Source: Lama glama
Taxonomy: Eukaryota
Length of the DNA stretch: 64,000 nt
Direction: 5' to 3'
Assembly (NCBI GenBank): GCA_028534125.1
Contig: CM052816.1
Span: forward strand, 66,528,001-66,592,000
Part shown: piece by piece, positions 1 through 12,993 of the stretch
Position numbering within the stretch: the stretch's first letter is position 1
How the letters are laid out: every line of letters starts with the position of its first letter
Program-made: the position numbers and the translations under genes
Notes under the pieces: model-generated
The model's input: the letters and a program-made list of their open reading frames with translations, nothing else
Database searches by the model: none
What the model was told of the DNA's origin: nothing

Positions 1-220
1 TTACCTATGAACATATAATGATAGAGGTCAGAAGAGTGGTAATTACTATAGACTGGGAGGTACATAAGTTAGCCTTCTCAGATGCTAGAAAAGTTCTACA
101 TCTTGATCTTTGTGGTGGCTAAAAGATGTATATATATATATATATAACTATTCATCAAGCTGTCCATTTAATATTTGTGTACCATATTATGTAAATTGTA
201 TAGTAATTTAAAAAAAGAAA
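1..220 (+). mobile_element. Old L1M (L1ME-like) 3' end with A-rich tail
   Basis: gaggtcagaagagtggt...tcttgatct...ttcatcaagctgt...A-run resembles L1M 3'UTR. Confidence 0.65.
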
Positions 221-2024
221 TTGGTAATAAATAGTAGGACAGCTCTTTCAAACGTCATGAAAAATTGAGATAACTAGATATATGTTTTCTATTCATTCAG
301 ATCACTGTCTTTTTTGGTAAGCTGGTCTACTAATACGAGTAGGGGAAAATTTTGTTAAATTGCAGGTACACTTTGAGCTGGATGAATTATAACTTTATCT
401 GAAGCATCCTGAGTCTGGAAGTTGGCAAAGGTTGATGGGAGTTATTAATGAATCTCGAACTTCCACCAAGTCAAAGCAGGAAATTTCTACTTTCTGAGAT
501 TATGAATATGGTCTTTCATTGGCACACCTTGACTTACTTGAGGGATGTGTTGCTGAAAAATTATATCCAATCTAAAAACACAGGTTGAAAGCAATTTTAC
601 CTAAAAAAGAATAATTCTGGGATCTTGGGCAAGAAACACAACTTCCCCATCTTGCTTTCTTCATCCATAAAATAACAATGGATTCAATAATCCCCAAGGT
701 TCCTTCAAATTCTACTAGGTAGAAATGAACATCATAAAAATGGTCATGACATTCAGAACAGGATGTTTAAAAGTGGTTTTCATGCTTGGTATACACTTCC
801 TTTTACTCCAACTCCCTTTTTTCATCATAAGTCTTTCCTAATTGTTAACACAGATCAGATAACATGTCTTGAAACTTGCTTCAACTTCAGTTGAACAACA
901 TTTCTTTCTCCTTCCCCCATTCTTTCCCCTATTATTGCTTCAGATTAAAATACATGGACATTAGAAAGCTGAATAATCATTCAATATGAAAAAATTGAAA
1001 ATATTTTACTTCGTCATGAAAAAATTGAAAGCTGCATAATTTAGCAGCCCTATACCAGAAACACCATTCATCTTAGACTGTGTATATAACTGTACAAGTC
1101 AGGTAATTGGTAAACAAGTCCAACAGATTTTTCTTTTGTTCATTTGAGAAGGAGAGTCCTGTAAACTAGGATTAATAATAGACACCAGGTCCGTCACTGT
1201 TTGATTCTGCCAACTTCTTCAGCAAATGTTGCAAGGCATTGCATAGCATTCTTTTAAAATAACTGGACGTATTTTGAAACTTTACACTGTAGTGAGGCTG
1301 GATGTGAGAACTATTGGGTAGTAGACGCCTTTCACCCACAGACAGTGTTGATTACTATCACCATTTCACACCTGGCAGGGAGGGGGTCCTCGGGGGTGAT
1401 CACTTGTCAGAAGAACGAGTCTTCAGAGCACTTTGTTTGAAGACCTTGAATGATCTTATTTGCACACTGATTCTGAGCAGGAAATTAGGGAGGGGTAGAG
1501 ACCAGTATCTATTTTAGAGTCACTTTTTTTCCCAAACTGAGGTAGCGCCCTCTGCATCTTTATTCCCAGGAGGAGTAGAGGGTGAAGAAAACAACAAACA
1601 CTAACAGAGTGGGTGAGGCAGGGGACCTGTCTAAAAGGGTCCTGATAATGAGGCCCTCTTTCTCTCATGTGGGAATCATCATCAGGTGAACATTGGTGGA
1701 TACTTACCCGGAACAGGAGGGCATTTAGTGCATGAGGCATACATTGTTAAAGGTCTCAGATAGGGCAGTGTTATGTCCCGGCTAAGCCAGCTTCTCTGAA
1801 TCCCACGTTCAAGCTTCCTTGTAGACCACTGGCTTCTCTTTGGAAGACCAGGCTAAGTCATGTTCTTTCTTAAGAGACATATCTCACCATGAAATGGTCC
1901 TTTCATTAGTTAACTTATCAGAATTTTCAGACCACCTCCCTTTTCAGAATCTATCCTATCTTTAACATTAACTAGCAGTCACAGAGAACCTCAATTTCTT
2001 ATCTACAATGAATTTTAGTGGGTT

Positions 2025-2190
2025 AATGGTTCTTAACCCTAGCTGTTCACTGGATTCTCCTTAAGGAATGTTTAAAAATACTGATGCTTGGGTTCCAGTC
2101 CACAAAAATTAAAGCAAAATCCCCGAGGGTGAAATTCAAGAATTACTAGTTTCTAAAAGCTCCTCAGGTGTCTATGAAGTCCTCAGCAAG
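2025..2190. mobile_element. MER5-like hAT-Charlie DNA transposon relic
   Basis: ggttcttaaccct...tttaaaaatactgatgcttggg...aaaagctcctcaggtg resembles MER5. Confidence 0.65.
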
Positions 2191-3109
2191 CCAGTATTGA
2201 ACAGTCAGGCCTCTTTTGAACTAATATTCCATGACTCTGTGCTGTCTGATCTTGAGAACCACTTAACTCCTCACTTAAGTTTTCTTCACTACAAAAAGAG
2301 AACTTGAAATACAGTGTTGTAAAAAAAATCTGCAAAGTGCTCAAAGTTCATCCCAGAAATACGTTATTAAAAATTCTCAGGAATGTACATGCTCGCTAAA
2401 ATGACACTAACAGTTCACATGGACTGCACACTTGATCATGTGTCAGACCATTCTCTAATTCCTTTACATGGATTTTCCCTTTTATTTCTATAAGGATAGG
2501 GATGGGTATTATTTAATAGTTTGAACATGAAAAAACTGAGACATGGAGAGACTGAATTACCCTCTGAAGGTCAGATAGCTCTTTCCAGACCTTGAACTCA
2601 CACTCACACCATGCGACTTGAGTCTAGAGCAAATGCTTTTAACCTATACAGTATTTACGGACTGTCCTCTTACTTTTGGTGTGACCAAATGCTTACGATG
2701 CCCCAGATTAAAATCTGCTTTATCCCAAATGGTGTAGAGTTGAACCTCTATTTGTTTCAGAACACCTGACCTGAGCCAGAGATGGTGGTCCTGACTGTAG
2801 GAGGTTTGGTGGGTTTGACTGGCTGAAGCAAAGCTGTTGCCTGGGTTTTGATGAAGTCTGAGGGGTTTCAGTAAGTAAGTGATAAAGGAGGTATAAAAAT
2901 AAGAGACTGTGCTGTAAGATGAAGCACATGATTAAGAATCTTTCTTCTATACAATTCACAGAAGAGGAGTGACATGTTCAAAATGGGGCCTGAGTCTGGT
3001 GGCCCTTGTTACTACCATGGAGGATGATGGGGATGACCGCAGGCTCAGCTCCCACTGGGGTCAGTGAGCTGCTCCAAATAGAGTCTTCCCACTTCTCCGC
3101 ATGTACAGG

Positions 3110-3480
3110 GATGTGCCCTTACTCCAGTCCACATCATCTCTTGCCTGAACAAATGCAATAGCCTCTTACTGGTCTTCTTTATCCTGCCCTGGGCATCCTA
3201 CCATACTGCGTCCTTAAAGCTGATAAGAGTGATATCTCTCAAACATCAATTAGTCCACGTCTGCCTCATACTTAAGACCCCTGAGTGGCTTCCTAGAGTC
3301 TCGGAATTAAACCCCAACCCTTACTGACAAGGATTTTCATGATCTGGCCCCTGCCTCCTCCCTCTCTCATTAGATCCAGGCACTTCTGCCATCTCTAATT
3401 CTCCAATGCACGCAGTTCGTTCTTGCCTTTAGGCCCTGCGTTAGCTGTTCCCTTCAGCATGATGTTACACCTGTGCATCA
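3110..3480 (+). mobile_element. L2 LINE fragment
   Basis: catcatctcttgcctgaac...gcaatagcctcttactggtc...catgatctggcccctgcc, typical of the L2 3' region. Confidence 0.65.
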
Positions 3481-3639
3481 ACACTCAGGTAAAGAAACTG
3501 AAAATCACCACTGCTTTGGGACCCCCAATTTACCCCATGCCATGACATTATCTTCCCTCATCTCCAGAGTAACAACCATCCAGGTTTTTCTGTTAATCAT
3601 TCCTGGCTTTCTTTATAGTTTTACAACCTCTGTATATAT

Positions 3640-4115
3640 CTCTAAATAGTCTGGAAAACCAGAGAGCAAGCACAGACTCAGCTAATGTAGGCACGGCAAG
3701 ACCTCCACTGCAGATAGGCTCTGGGGGGAGAGAAGCCACGCTGAGCCACAAGACCACCGCGGCCTCCCTAAGTGCCTATAAAGACCCTTCTGGTGGGCTG
3801 GGGTGTCAGTGGGACAGGCCCAGAAAGTGACATGTGAACATACAGCTTGTTGCCAGGCAGCTGGTAGGGCTCTAGCATGGACCAGACATGGATGTCCAGT
3901 GGAGGCAAGGTCAGAGAGAGAGAGGGTGCTTTGTATTTTCTGCTTCTGAGTATGGCTTTTAGGGGTAGGTCAGAGAAGAGCATTTCTGTGCAGTCAAAAG
4001 GGGCTTCAAGTACCTTGGCAGCATACTGTCAAGGCAAGCCAAGTGCAGGAAAGTCTCAGCGCCAGGCCCACTGGGACCTTCTGTCCTTCGGCTTAAAAGG
4101 GTACAAAATCTTGGT
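3640..4115 (-). mobile_element. Probable old LTR (family uncertain)
   Basis: GC-richer block; the minus strand begins TGTACC at about 4115; LTR-like composition between L1 pieces. Confidence 0.35.
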
Positions 4116-4117
4116 AG

Positions 4118-4860
4118 TTTCTTACAAAACTAAACATACCTTCAACATATGATTACCACACAATCACATTCCTTAGTATTTACCCAAAGGAGTTAAAAAC
4201 CTATGTTTACACAAAAACCTGCACAGGGATGTTTACAGCAGCTTTATTCTTAATTGCCAAAACTTAGATGCAACCAAGATGTCTTTTACTAGCTGAAGAG
4301 ATAAATAAATATCTAGACAATGGAATATTATCCAGGGTGAAAAAGAAAAGAGCTATCAAGCCATGGAAAGACACGAAGGAAACTTTAATGCATATAACTT
4401 AGTGAAAGAAGCCAATCTGGTAAGACTACGTACTGTATGATTCCAACTATACGACATTCTGGAAAAGCAAAATTATGGAGGCAGTAGAAAGATCAGTTGT
4501 TGTTTATGGTTGGGAAAGGGGGAAGATACAAATAGGCAGAGCACAAAGGATTTTTAGGGCAGTGAAAATACTCTGCATGATACCCTAATGATGACATTAT
4601 ACATTTGTCCAACTCATAAATGGTATAACACCAAGACTTAACTGTAATGAAAACCATGCACTTTGGGTGATTATGATGTGTAAATGTAGGTCAGCTGTAA
4701 CAAATGTACCACTCTGGTGGGGGATGTTGGTAATTGAGGAGGCCCTGCATGTATTGGGGTAGGGAGTATACTGGAAATCTCTGTATCTTCTCAATTTTGC
4801 TATGAATCTTAAACTGTTCTAAAAAATAAAGAACCTTAACTTTTTAAAAAGGTAAAAAAT
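4118..4860 (+). mobile_element. L1MB/L1MC-type 3' end
   Basis: ORF2 C-terminal remnant, then 3'UTR (gaaagaagccaatctg...gattccaactatacgacattctggaaaag) and A-rich tail. Confidence 0.85.
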
Positions 4861-5879
4861 CAGCTTCAATAGGATATATTACTTTCAACTAAAACTGTGA
4901 CTGATGCACTGTAAATTTATATTTTTTTATATTTGTTTTTGCCTTATGTTTTTAGATGATCTTATGACATGTTTTATTGGATACATGTTGGAACTCTTCT
5001 GTTGTAAGAGACACAATCACAACTCAAATGCTTACACAAAGCAGATTTACGGAGCTATATAACAGGAAAGTCTATGAGTTCAATTTCACTGGTAATCTTT
5101 TATTTCTCAAACTGCCTAATGGGTACATGGATGCCTATTATAATAATTTTTATACCCTCCTGAATATCTGAAATACCTCAAAATAAATTACAACAGAATG
5201 AAATAAACAAACAAGAAGTAGTTGGATCCAGTAGCTCAAGAAATGTCATCAGCCCTGGACCCTCCTTCTCTGGGCTGGCTCCCTTTCCTCTGCAGGCCCT
5301 CTAAAGCTGGAATTCCCTGCAGCTCCAGGCTTGCTATATTTACAGTGGGCAGTATAGTGGCAAGGGTGCTTGACTTCTCAACAATTCCAGAGGTCCCAGA
5401 ACAGACCACTGGCCTGCGTCAGATTTCAAGCCAATTCTTGGAAGAACTGCTTGGCTTAGGGTGTATGATGCTCTGATGGGCTCTGATGGGCTCTGATGTG
5501 AAGCCAGGCTTGTGTGTCCTCTTTGAGCTGATGGAGGAGGCTAACCACTTCTCTTCCTTTGCTGATGCAGTTTACAAATGGATATTGCGGAGTTTTGACT
5601 AGAAGAAGGGGGATGGATGTGGGGCAGGAGAAACACAAGTGAGCGTTTCTTTTCTTAAAGATTCTTTAAATGAAAAAGGACAGGGACAAGACAACAGTTC
5701 TCTCAGGACAGAGACAGTTATTTCTCAAGTTGTCTCCCAAATTCCGTTGAGTTCCTAAGGCAGTTCCAAAGCAGAATTATTGCCAGTAAGTCAAGAAGAA
5801 CCAACATTGTCCCACTGGCAGAAGGAGGTAATAGAATTATATTTTTGTCAATAAAACTAGTATTTTGTCAGAGTATCTA

Positions 5880-6425
5880 TGGCAAAGGTTCTCTCCTTGA
5901 CTGAACTCTAGCCAGGCTCCTCTCAAGCCCTTTCTCAGGTAGGCCTCAAACTTGGCCTATAAAGACTTGAACAAACACCAACATAGTTTCTAGCAGCTCA
6001 AGACTGCACCCCTAGGATGACTCTCACACCCCCTGAAAGTGCCTGTCTGAGAAAACTCCTTCCTGCCAAAAGAATTTACTGTTTGTTTCAGCCAATGCTT
6101 GGAGATAGAGCCCATCTCCCAGTCTCTGTGGGAGGATAGGTACCCAACTTTGGTAAGGGCCAGTCAGCAAGCCCAGATGGATGTCACAAGGACCAGCTCC
6201 CTACCTCTTCTTGCTTTTTGTAAGCTTTTGCCTTACTGACCGACTCTGCTGAGCCTCCCTCACCAACACTCCTGTTCTCACTCTCCCTCTAAAACACCCA
6301 GTCACCTCTGTATAAACTGAAGTTGAGTTCATTTCATGCTGAACTCCTTTCCCTACTGCAGTAGATTACTGATTATAATCAGTCCTATCACTTTACCAGG
6401 TGTCTGGCTTTATCTATCCTTGGTT
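5880..6425 (+). mobile_element. Solo ERV1-class LTR (MER31-like)
   Basis: Starts tggcaaaggttctctccttgac...caggctcctct, matching my recollection of the MER31 5' end; TATA-like and polyA-like segments internal. Confidence 0.7.
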
Positions 6426-6889
6426 CCTGTATCACCCCTAGGGAAAAAGTACCAGAGGTTAAGAGCCGGTATGCTCCCGGAGCAAAAGCTGTAGAATCAA
6501 AAACCAAAAAACACTGCCCTCTACTGGCTGAAAATCTGGATTTGGCAATGAACTTTTTTTTCCACTTACTACCCCCAATTCTTTTATGTATGCTAAGTTA
6601 TCATCATCTTTGTTATAAATATGACTTCTTTGCAACTGATCATTAGAGACCACCATACTCAGGGCCAGCAAAACTGGAGCAGGTAGTATGTATGTGTGAC
6701 TATTTCAGCCAGTCGGCCCAGCTGTGGGGAGACAGCTTCAAAGTGCTCACTGACAATTTCAGAAGGCATCTTTATAAGCCGACTTCAGATTGACAAACTC
6801 AGAAACACTGAGCTACTTCACATAATTTCAATAACTCATCCTTTACATTATAGTACCAAGAGAGTTTGCTGATGACATTGTTTAAAAAT

Positions 6890-8030
6890 TTTTTTAGCTT
6901 TATTAAGGTGTAACTGACAACTTGTAATATATTTAAAGTATACAATGTAAAGATTTGATGTAGGGATACATTGTGAAAGGATTCTCCAATTGAGTTAACA
7001 TATTCATCTGCTCACATATTTACTTTTTCTATTGGTGAGAACACAAGATCTACTCTCTTAGAAAATTTCAAGGATATAATACATTACTGTCAACTATAGT
7101 CACCATACTATACACTAGACCCTCAGACCTTATTCATCACATATCCTAAAGTTTGTACCCTTCTACCAACCTGTCTGCATTTCCTCCACCATCCCCTATC
7201 CCCTGATAACCAACATTTTACTCCATGAGTTTGTTGTTCTTGTTAGATTTCACATATAAGTGATATCAAGCAGTATTTGTCTTTGTCTGACATTTAAATT
7301 AGCATAATGCCCTTCAGGTTAATCCATGTTGTAGAAAATAACAGGATTTCCTTCTTATTTTAAGACATTTGAATAATATTCCATTGTCTACATATGCCAC
7401 ATTTCCTTCACTTATCATTGATGGACACAGGCGGTTTCCATATCTTGTCTGTTATGAATAATGTTGCAATGAACGTAGGAAAACACATATTACTTCGAGA
7501 TTCTGATTGTGTTTCCTTTGGATATACGCCCTGAAGTGAGATTGCTGGATTGTATGGTAGTTCTATGTTTAATTTCTTGAGGAACCTCCATACTGTTTTC
7601 CATAGTGACTGTACCAGACATTCCCACCAAGAGTATACAAGGACTCCTTTTTCTCCACATCTTTCCCAGCATTTGGTATCTCTTGTCCTTCTTATAACAG
7701 ACATCCTAATAGGTGTGAGGTGATATCTCACTGTGGTTGTGATTTGGATTTCCCTGATGATTAGTGATGTTTAGCACCTTTTCATGTACCTGTTGGCCAA
7801 CTGTATGTCGTCTTTGGAAAAAACATCTATTCAAGCACTTTGCCATTTTTAATTGGGTTATTATTATTTGCTATTGAGTTATATGAGTTCCTTGTATATT
7901 TTGGATATCAATGCCTTATCAGACAAATGGTGGGCAAATATTATCTTCGTTTCCATATGTTCCCTTATTTTGTTGATGATTTCCTTTGCTGTGCAGAGAA
8001 GCTTTCTAGTTTGATATAAGATGACACTGT
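6890..8030 (-). mobile_element. 5'-truncated L1 (L1MA9-like 3'UTR and ORF2 C-terminus)
   Basis: ORF 7408-7731(-) MRYHLTPIRM...KCWERCGEKG...CWWEC-like is the L1 ORF2 Cys-rich C-terminus; T-run at left end. Confidence 0.92.
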
Positions 8031-8199
8031 TTATCTGCACCTTCCTTGATCTTTAATTTTTAATACTTTATTTTGAAAAACAAATATTTACTGTTTGTTC
8101 ATTGTAGGAAATTTGAAAAATAAAGAAACCTTAAAGGGGGCAGTATTGATAAAATTACATGTTAAAAATTTGTAAGAAAAAGACAATGGGCAACAACCC

Positions 8200-8860
8200 T
8201 AAAATGGACCTCTCTCCTCCTCCTCTATCACGGATTTCTTGGCATATCTTGCAAGCAATCTTTTGACTCCTCTGCTCTCCACCCACACTGCTACTTTCAG
8301 CACAGGTCTTCACTTCCTACTTTCCTGAGACCATTGCCTGGAGGTGGAGGCTCTGACCTCCTCCCTAGCTGTCTCCAGAGCTCTCCACTCATTCCTGCCA
8401 GTTTTAGAGGAAGAGCTGTCTTCTTTGTTCTGAAACCAAGTTCCTTCCCCTGTGCCCCCTGCGCCCTGCATTATATTCCTTCAAACAGGCTTCACCATCC
8501 AACATCCTAAATTGCTCTTTCAGTTACAAAAGCTATATTAACCCAAATGATCTGGCAAATAGTATTATAAATAATATCCCATTTTCCTCATCATCACTGC
8601 CCAACTTTTTGAATGATCTAAACAGACTGCTAACTCTGCCCATCTGTAGAAACTGCCCTCACAGAGACTCATCTCTCATTATTATTCTCCTTGATTTTTC
8701 TGCGACATCTGGCACTTCTCATTACCCCTCTTTTTTTGCCTTCATACTTACCTCCTGGATTGGAGTCTCCTCAATCTTCTCTTCTGGTTCTCCTCCTTGG
8801 CTCCTGACTTTCTGTGGTCTTTTTCTGTCTCTTCAGGTCCTCTAACTCCCAGCACTTCAG
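8200..8860 (+). mobile_element. Degenerate L2 fragments
   Basis: Pyrimidine-rich L2 RT-like remnant (attctccttgatttttctgcgacatctggcac, roughly ILLDxSAxFD). Confidence 0.55.
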
Positions 8861-9324
8861 ATGTTTTGATCCATGTACTCCTTAATAAAAGAATTCTGAA
8901 AATTATGTACCACCTTACACATTTTTAAGTTGATATGTAAATTTTTCATAAGATTAAGGGTCACAAGGAATAAAATATTTACAACAGTGAATATTATATG
9001 TGCAGCTTACATACATTTTTGCCAAAACTATGGAGCTACACCTTCAGTTTGTGGAAAACTTCACTATGTAATTTAATTGCCAGTCTTCACTGCCAAACCA
9101 ATCAATCAGAAAACTGACTTAGTGTTCAAACTCAAATAAATGTGTTAATAACTGTTCTGTGACAACCATCTCGTTTGTAAATTCTAAGTCTTGGGAGAGA
9201 AAAAAGAAAGAAAGAAAAAAGGGAAAGAACAGAAGAGAAATGATGAAGAATGAAGCCTTGCTGCAGCTTTGCCTCTGGGAGGAAGCTTCCTGCAGAAGCT
9301 CTGCAGCCTCAGATTTCCCCTTTG

Positions 9325-10019
9325 TTTCAGGGGTTCCAGAGGTGTTTAATGAAACTGAGGGCAGTCATCAATTATATCCCTTAGACTATAACTTGCTTAA
9401 TAAACCTGCTTTCACTGCTGAAGCTCACTTTAATCGTTCCTGCAAATCACATATCCTCCAAGCTTCACATAGACAATACAGACAATATATTACAAGACCT
9501 CTTTAACAGCTCTTCATGGATAACACCTCTGATGCATGGATCACTGTGGTAATGATTGCTTAAAATGTTTTTCAGGAACTTGGAGTCAGCTCTGGTCCAG
9601 TTCGACAGCTAACGGGTTAAGGCTGGTTGGGCCCACCAACCCTCCAACTGGACCTGCACGAGTGTCCCATGAATAATCTTCTGCTGTTAGAGGGCCAAAA
9701 ACTCCACCCTCAGATCATGCTAACACCACCATTTCCTGATCATGATTTCCAAGAAGCAGCATGTAACTCAGATACGCTGGCACAAAATATTCATTACCTC
9801 ACCTTTTCCCTACCTCCAATCACATTTCTCCATGCCCAAGACCACTCTGCTTCTCTATCCTATAATTATCCCAAGCCTCTCACCTTTGGGGAGGAGGACC
9901 TCGGACTTGCTCTCCTGTCCTCTCACTTGGCAGCCTCATGAACACTTTCCGGCTTCAAATCTTGGTGTCTCCGCACTTGGCTTACTGCATGTCAGGCAAA
10001 TGAATGTGGTTCAGTAACA
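9325..10019 (+). mobile_element. Solo ERV1-class LTR (MER34/MER39-like)
   Basis: agagggccaaaaactccaccctcagatcatgctaacaccaccattt motif; ends ...cagtaaca. Confidence 0.65.
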
Positions 10020-11594
10020 TTTACACCTGGAAGAAATGCCCAAGAGTAAAGTTCTGGCTAGATGGATAAAAGTCCAGATGCAAAGATGAGAGGCATGCCT
10101 CCTACTGTGAACAGGAGAAGGGCAGTTCTGAAAGAGAAGCTGGGAGAGGAGAAGCAACAGGTGGGGGTATTCGCAGACAGATGTTCTAGGGAAGAGTCCA
10201 CGTAACAGCTGGGAACTTATAAACTGATTTCCTTGAAACTATCTATGTCCTCAGTACCCTTTGAAACATTCCAGTATGTGCATAACCTCGTTTGAATTGA
10301 GTAGCCTACAAAATAAGTTACTGGTTACTTCCTCTATATTTTTTCTTGAAGAACTGACAACATTCTCACAAATCCAATTATCACATCCAGGTGGATGACT
10401 CAGAAACCTGTTGACCTCTTTTAGTGTTTTCACCAAGCAGATGTCTCAACAAGAAGATCTCACATTTAACTAGAAATTTTCACTTCACAGTCAGCATGAC
10501 AATAAAATCTATAAATTTTTTGTGTGTAGGTATTTCTCCAACAAGTTTCAGCCTGAGATAAAAAGAAAGGCAAAACCAGAACCTTCTAGTAGGCTCTTCT
10601 GTCTGCCTAACCTCTGGTGATTCAATGAACCTCGTGCAGATTCAGAGTGATGACTGCGTATGTTACATTCTGTGTGAGAAAGAGGAAGAGACAGAAGTAT
10701 TTACATATGAATATAACATGTGTGCATACAGACAGATAAGTAGGTAGGTAGATACAGATAGACAAACATATCTGCTTACATTTTCAGAAGGAAATTCTGG
10801 AAGGTAAACCCAACTCTAATGAAAATACCAACCAGGTAGGGATGGGGGCTGTGGCATAAACAGTATTAAGTGAACAGAAATGAATGTATGGCTTCTTGGA
10901 GCTTACTTTTATGTAATTTTGATTTTTGAATCATGTAAATGTTTTACACGTTCAAAAAAAAGTAGCCCTAAAATTGAAAATATTTTAAAAGGAAAGATAC
11001 TACCTATTAAAACTTAACATAATCAGACAGTGAAAAGGATTACTTTAGATCATTCTAGAATATCATATTCTTGCTGAAAACCTTTGGAAGGTTATATATT
11101 CTAAGGTCAAAAAGAGCTTCAAATTCAGTGGTTTTATTATTAATGGTAACATTGATATTATCTGGAAGTCATTTTATGTGTATTATACACCTGAAACAAA
11201 TAAACAGTTATGTCACTATAAAATTTTCATTTTAAGAGATGAGTATAAAATAAAAAAAAATTAAATAAAACTCGATAGTCCAAATAATCCAAACTTGAAT
11301 TGACAAATGTTAATTTAAACCCCTGATTTTAAAATGTTATTTCCTATCTCTGTTTTCTGAATGGGCCAGCATTAAAAGAAAGTGGATATAATTGATTAAT
11401 ACACTTGAAACATGTAAAAATTCACAAGACTACAATATTTTAAAAAAAGTAAACATAGAAACAGAAACTTTCCTGCCCACACTGGAGGTGACTATTACAC
11501 CAAATCCTTATTCTGAAAATTGATAATAAGAGTGGATGCATTAATTTATTCTTCTTGTAGTTGAGGATAACAATATGACCCCAGTTAATAAGTT

Positions 11595-11950
11595 TTTTTT
11601 ACAGTTTTATTGGAATGTAAGTGACATACAGCACAGTGCAAGCTTGCTTAAGAGGCACAGCATAATGCTCTGATTTATATATATTGTGAAATGATTACCA
11701 CAATAAGTTAAATTAATATTCATCATATGGATGGATACAAGAGAAAAAAAATTTCCTTGAGATGTGAATTCTTAGATCTACTCTCTTAACTTTCCTGTAT
11801 ATCATGCAGCAGGGTTAACTATAGTTATCATGTTGTATATTACATCCCTACTTATTTATCTTATCACTGGAAGTTTGTACCTTTTTAACACCTTCATCCA
11901 ATTCCCCCTGTCCCCATCCCTGCACATCTGGTGACAAGCAAAAAAAATTT
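11595..11950 (-). mobile_element. Short L1 3' end (L1MA9-like)
   Basis: Antisense 3'UTR closely similar to 6890-7250. Confidence 0.8.
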
Positions 11951-12469
11951 TTTGTATAGAATATCTATGAATAAATGTAGAAAGAATGGACAGTACCAGA
12001 AAATTGCCATTCTGCAACTAAAAATGATATAACTGGTCCTATCAAGAATCATCAAAGTGGGATCAATTCATTAGGAGAATGGCTGATGGACAAATTTTCC
12101 AATATTGCCTGCAGATTCCCTGCATCTTTATAATGGTGAGATCTAGCTGCCACCACCCTAACCAGAGAGGAAAGTGACAATTAGGATTGTGGGACGCCGC
12201 GTGCCTCCTAATGGGACGCCGTAGTGGGTATACAGTGTTCTCTAGGATGTATTCTTACTAAAACATGCTCAACAGCAATCTAAATCAGTCTGCATCTCTA
12301 ACTTCAAGTTTCAAGGAAATTCAGACAAAGGAATAAATCAAATGAAACCACCAGTACAAAATAAAACAAGTTCAGAAAACAGACATTTTACAAGACATCA
12401 GCCTGGTCTCTTCGAAAAAGCAAAAGAAGTAGTGACTCTTGCAGATTCACTGAGTTAGGGGTCTAATTC

Positions 12470-12991
12470 CTTTAGGTGTAAGATTAGATAGTTTATTCAA
12501 GATTTTTCTTGTTTCCTGAGGAATTGTATCATTATAAACTTCTCTCTTAGGACTGCTTTTGCTGTGTCCCATGGATTTTGGATAACTGTGTTTTCATTTT
12601 CATCCAGGTATTTTTTTTGATATCTTCTTTGATCACTTCACTAATCCACTGGTTGTTTAGTAGCATACTGTTTAGCCTCCATGAGTTTGTGGGGGTTTTT
12701 TGAAGGTTTTTTTTGTTTGTTTGTTTGTTTTTTGTAGTTGAGTTCTGGTCTTACAGTATCATGGGTGCAAAAGATGCTTCGTGTGATTTCAATTTTCTTA
12801 AACTTATTGACTTATTTTATGGCCTAGCATGCAATCTATCATGGAGAAGGTTCCATGTGTATTTGAAAAGAATGTGTATTCTCCTTTTGGATGGAATATT
12901 CTATATATCTATTGAGTATATTCGGTCTAGCATGTCATTTAAGGCCAGTGTTTCCTTATTGACTTTCTGCCTGGATAATCTGTCCAATGAT
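12470..12991 (-). mobile_element. Inverted 5' portion of an L1 (ORF2 endonuclease end/linker)
   Basis: Minus strand reads as ORF2 remnant ...LDRLSRQKVNKET...LRKQEKS. Confidence 0.85.
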
Positions 12992-12993
12992 GG

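Noticed and set aside
1..3000. GAPT coding sequence, expected head-to-head upstream of PLK2 by recalled human synteny
   Set aside because: No minus-strand ORF resembling GAPT was found; if present it lies left of the window. Non-coding exons cannot be called from sequence.
5470..5499. Three tandem copies of GCTCTGATG(G)
   Set aside because: Simple slippage repeat with no spacers; not CRISPR-like or otherwise informative.
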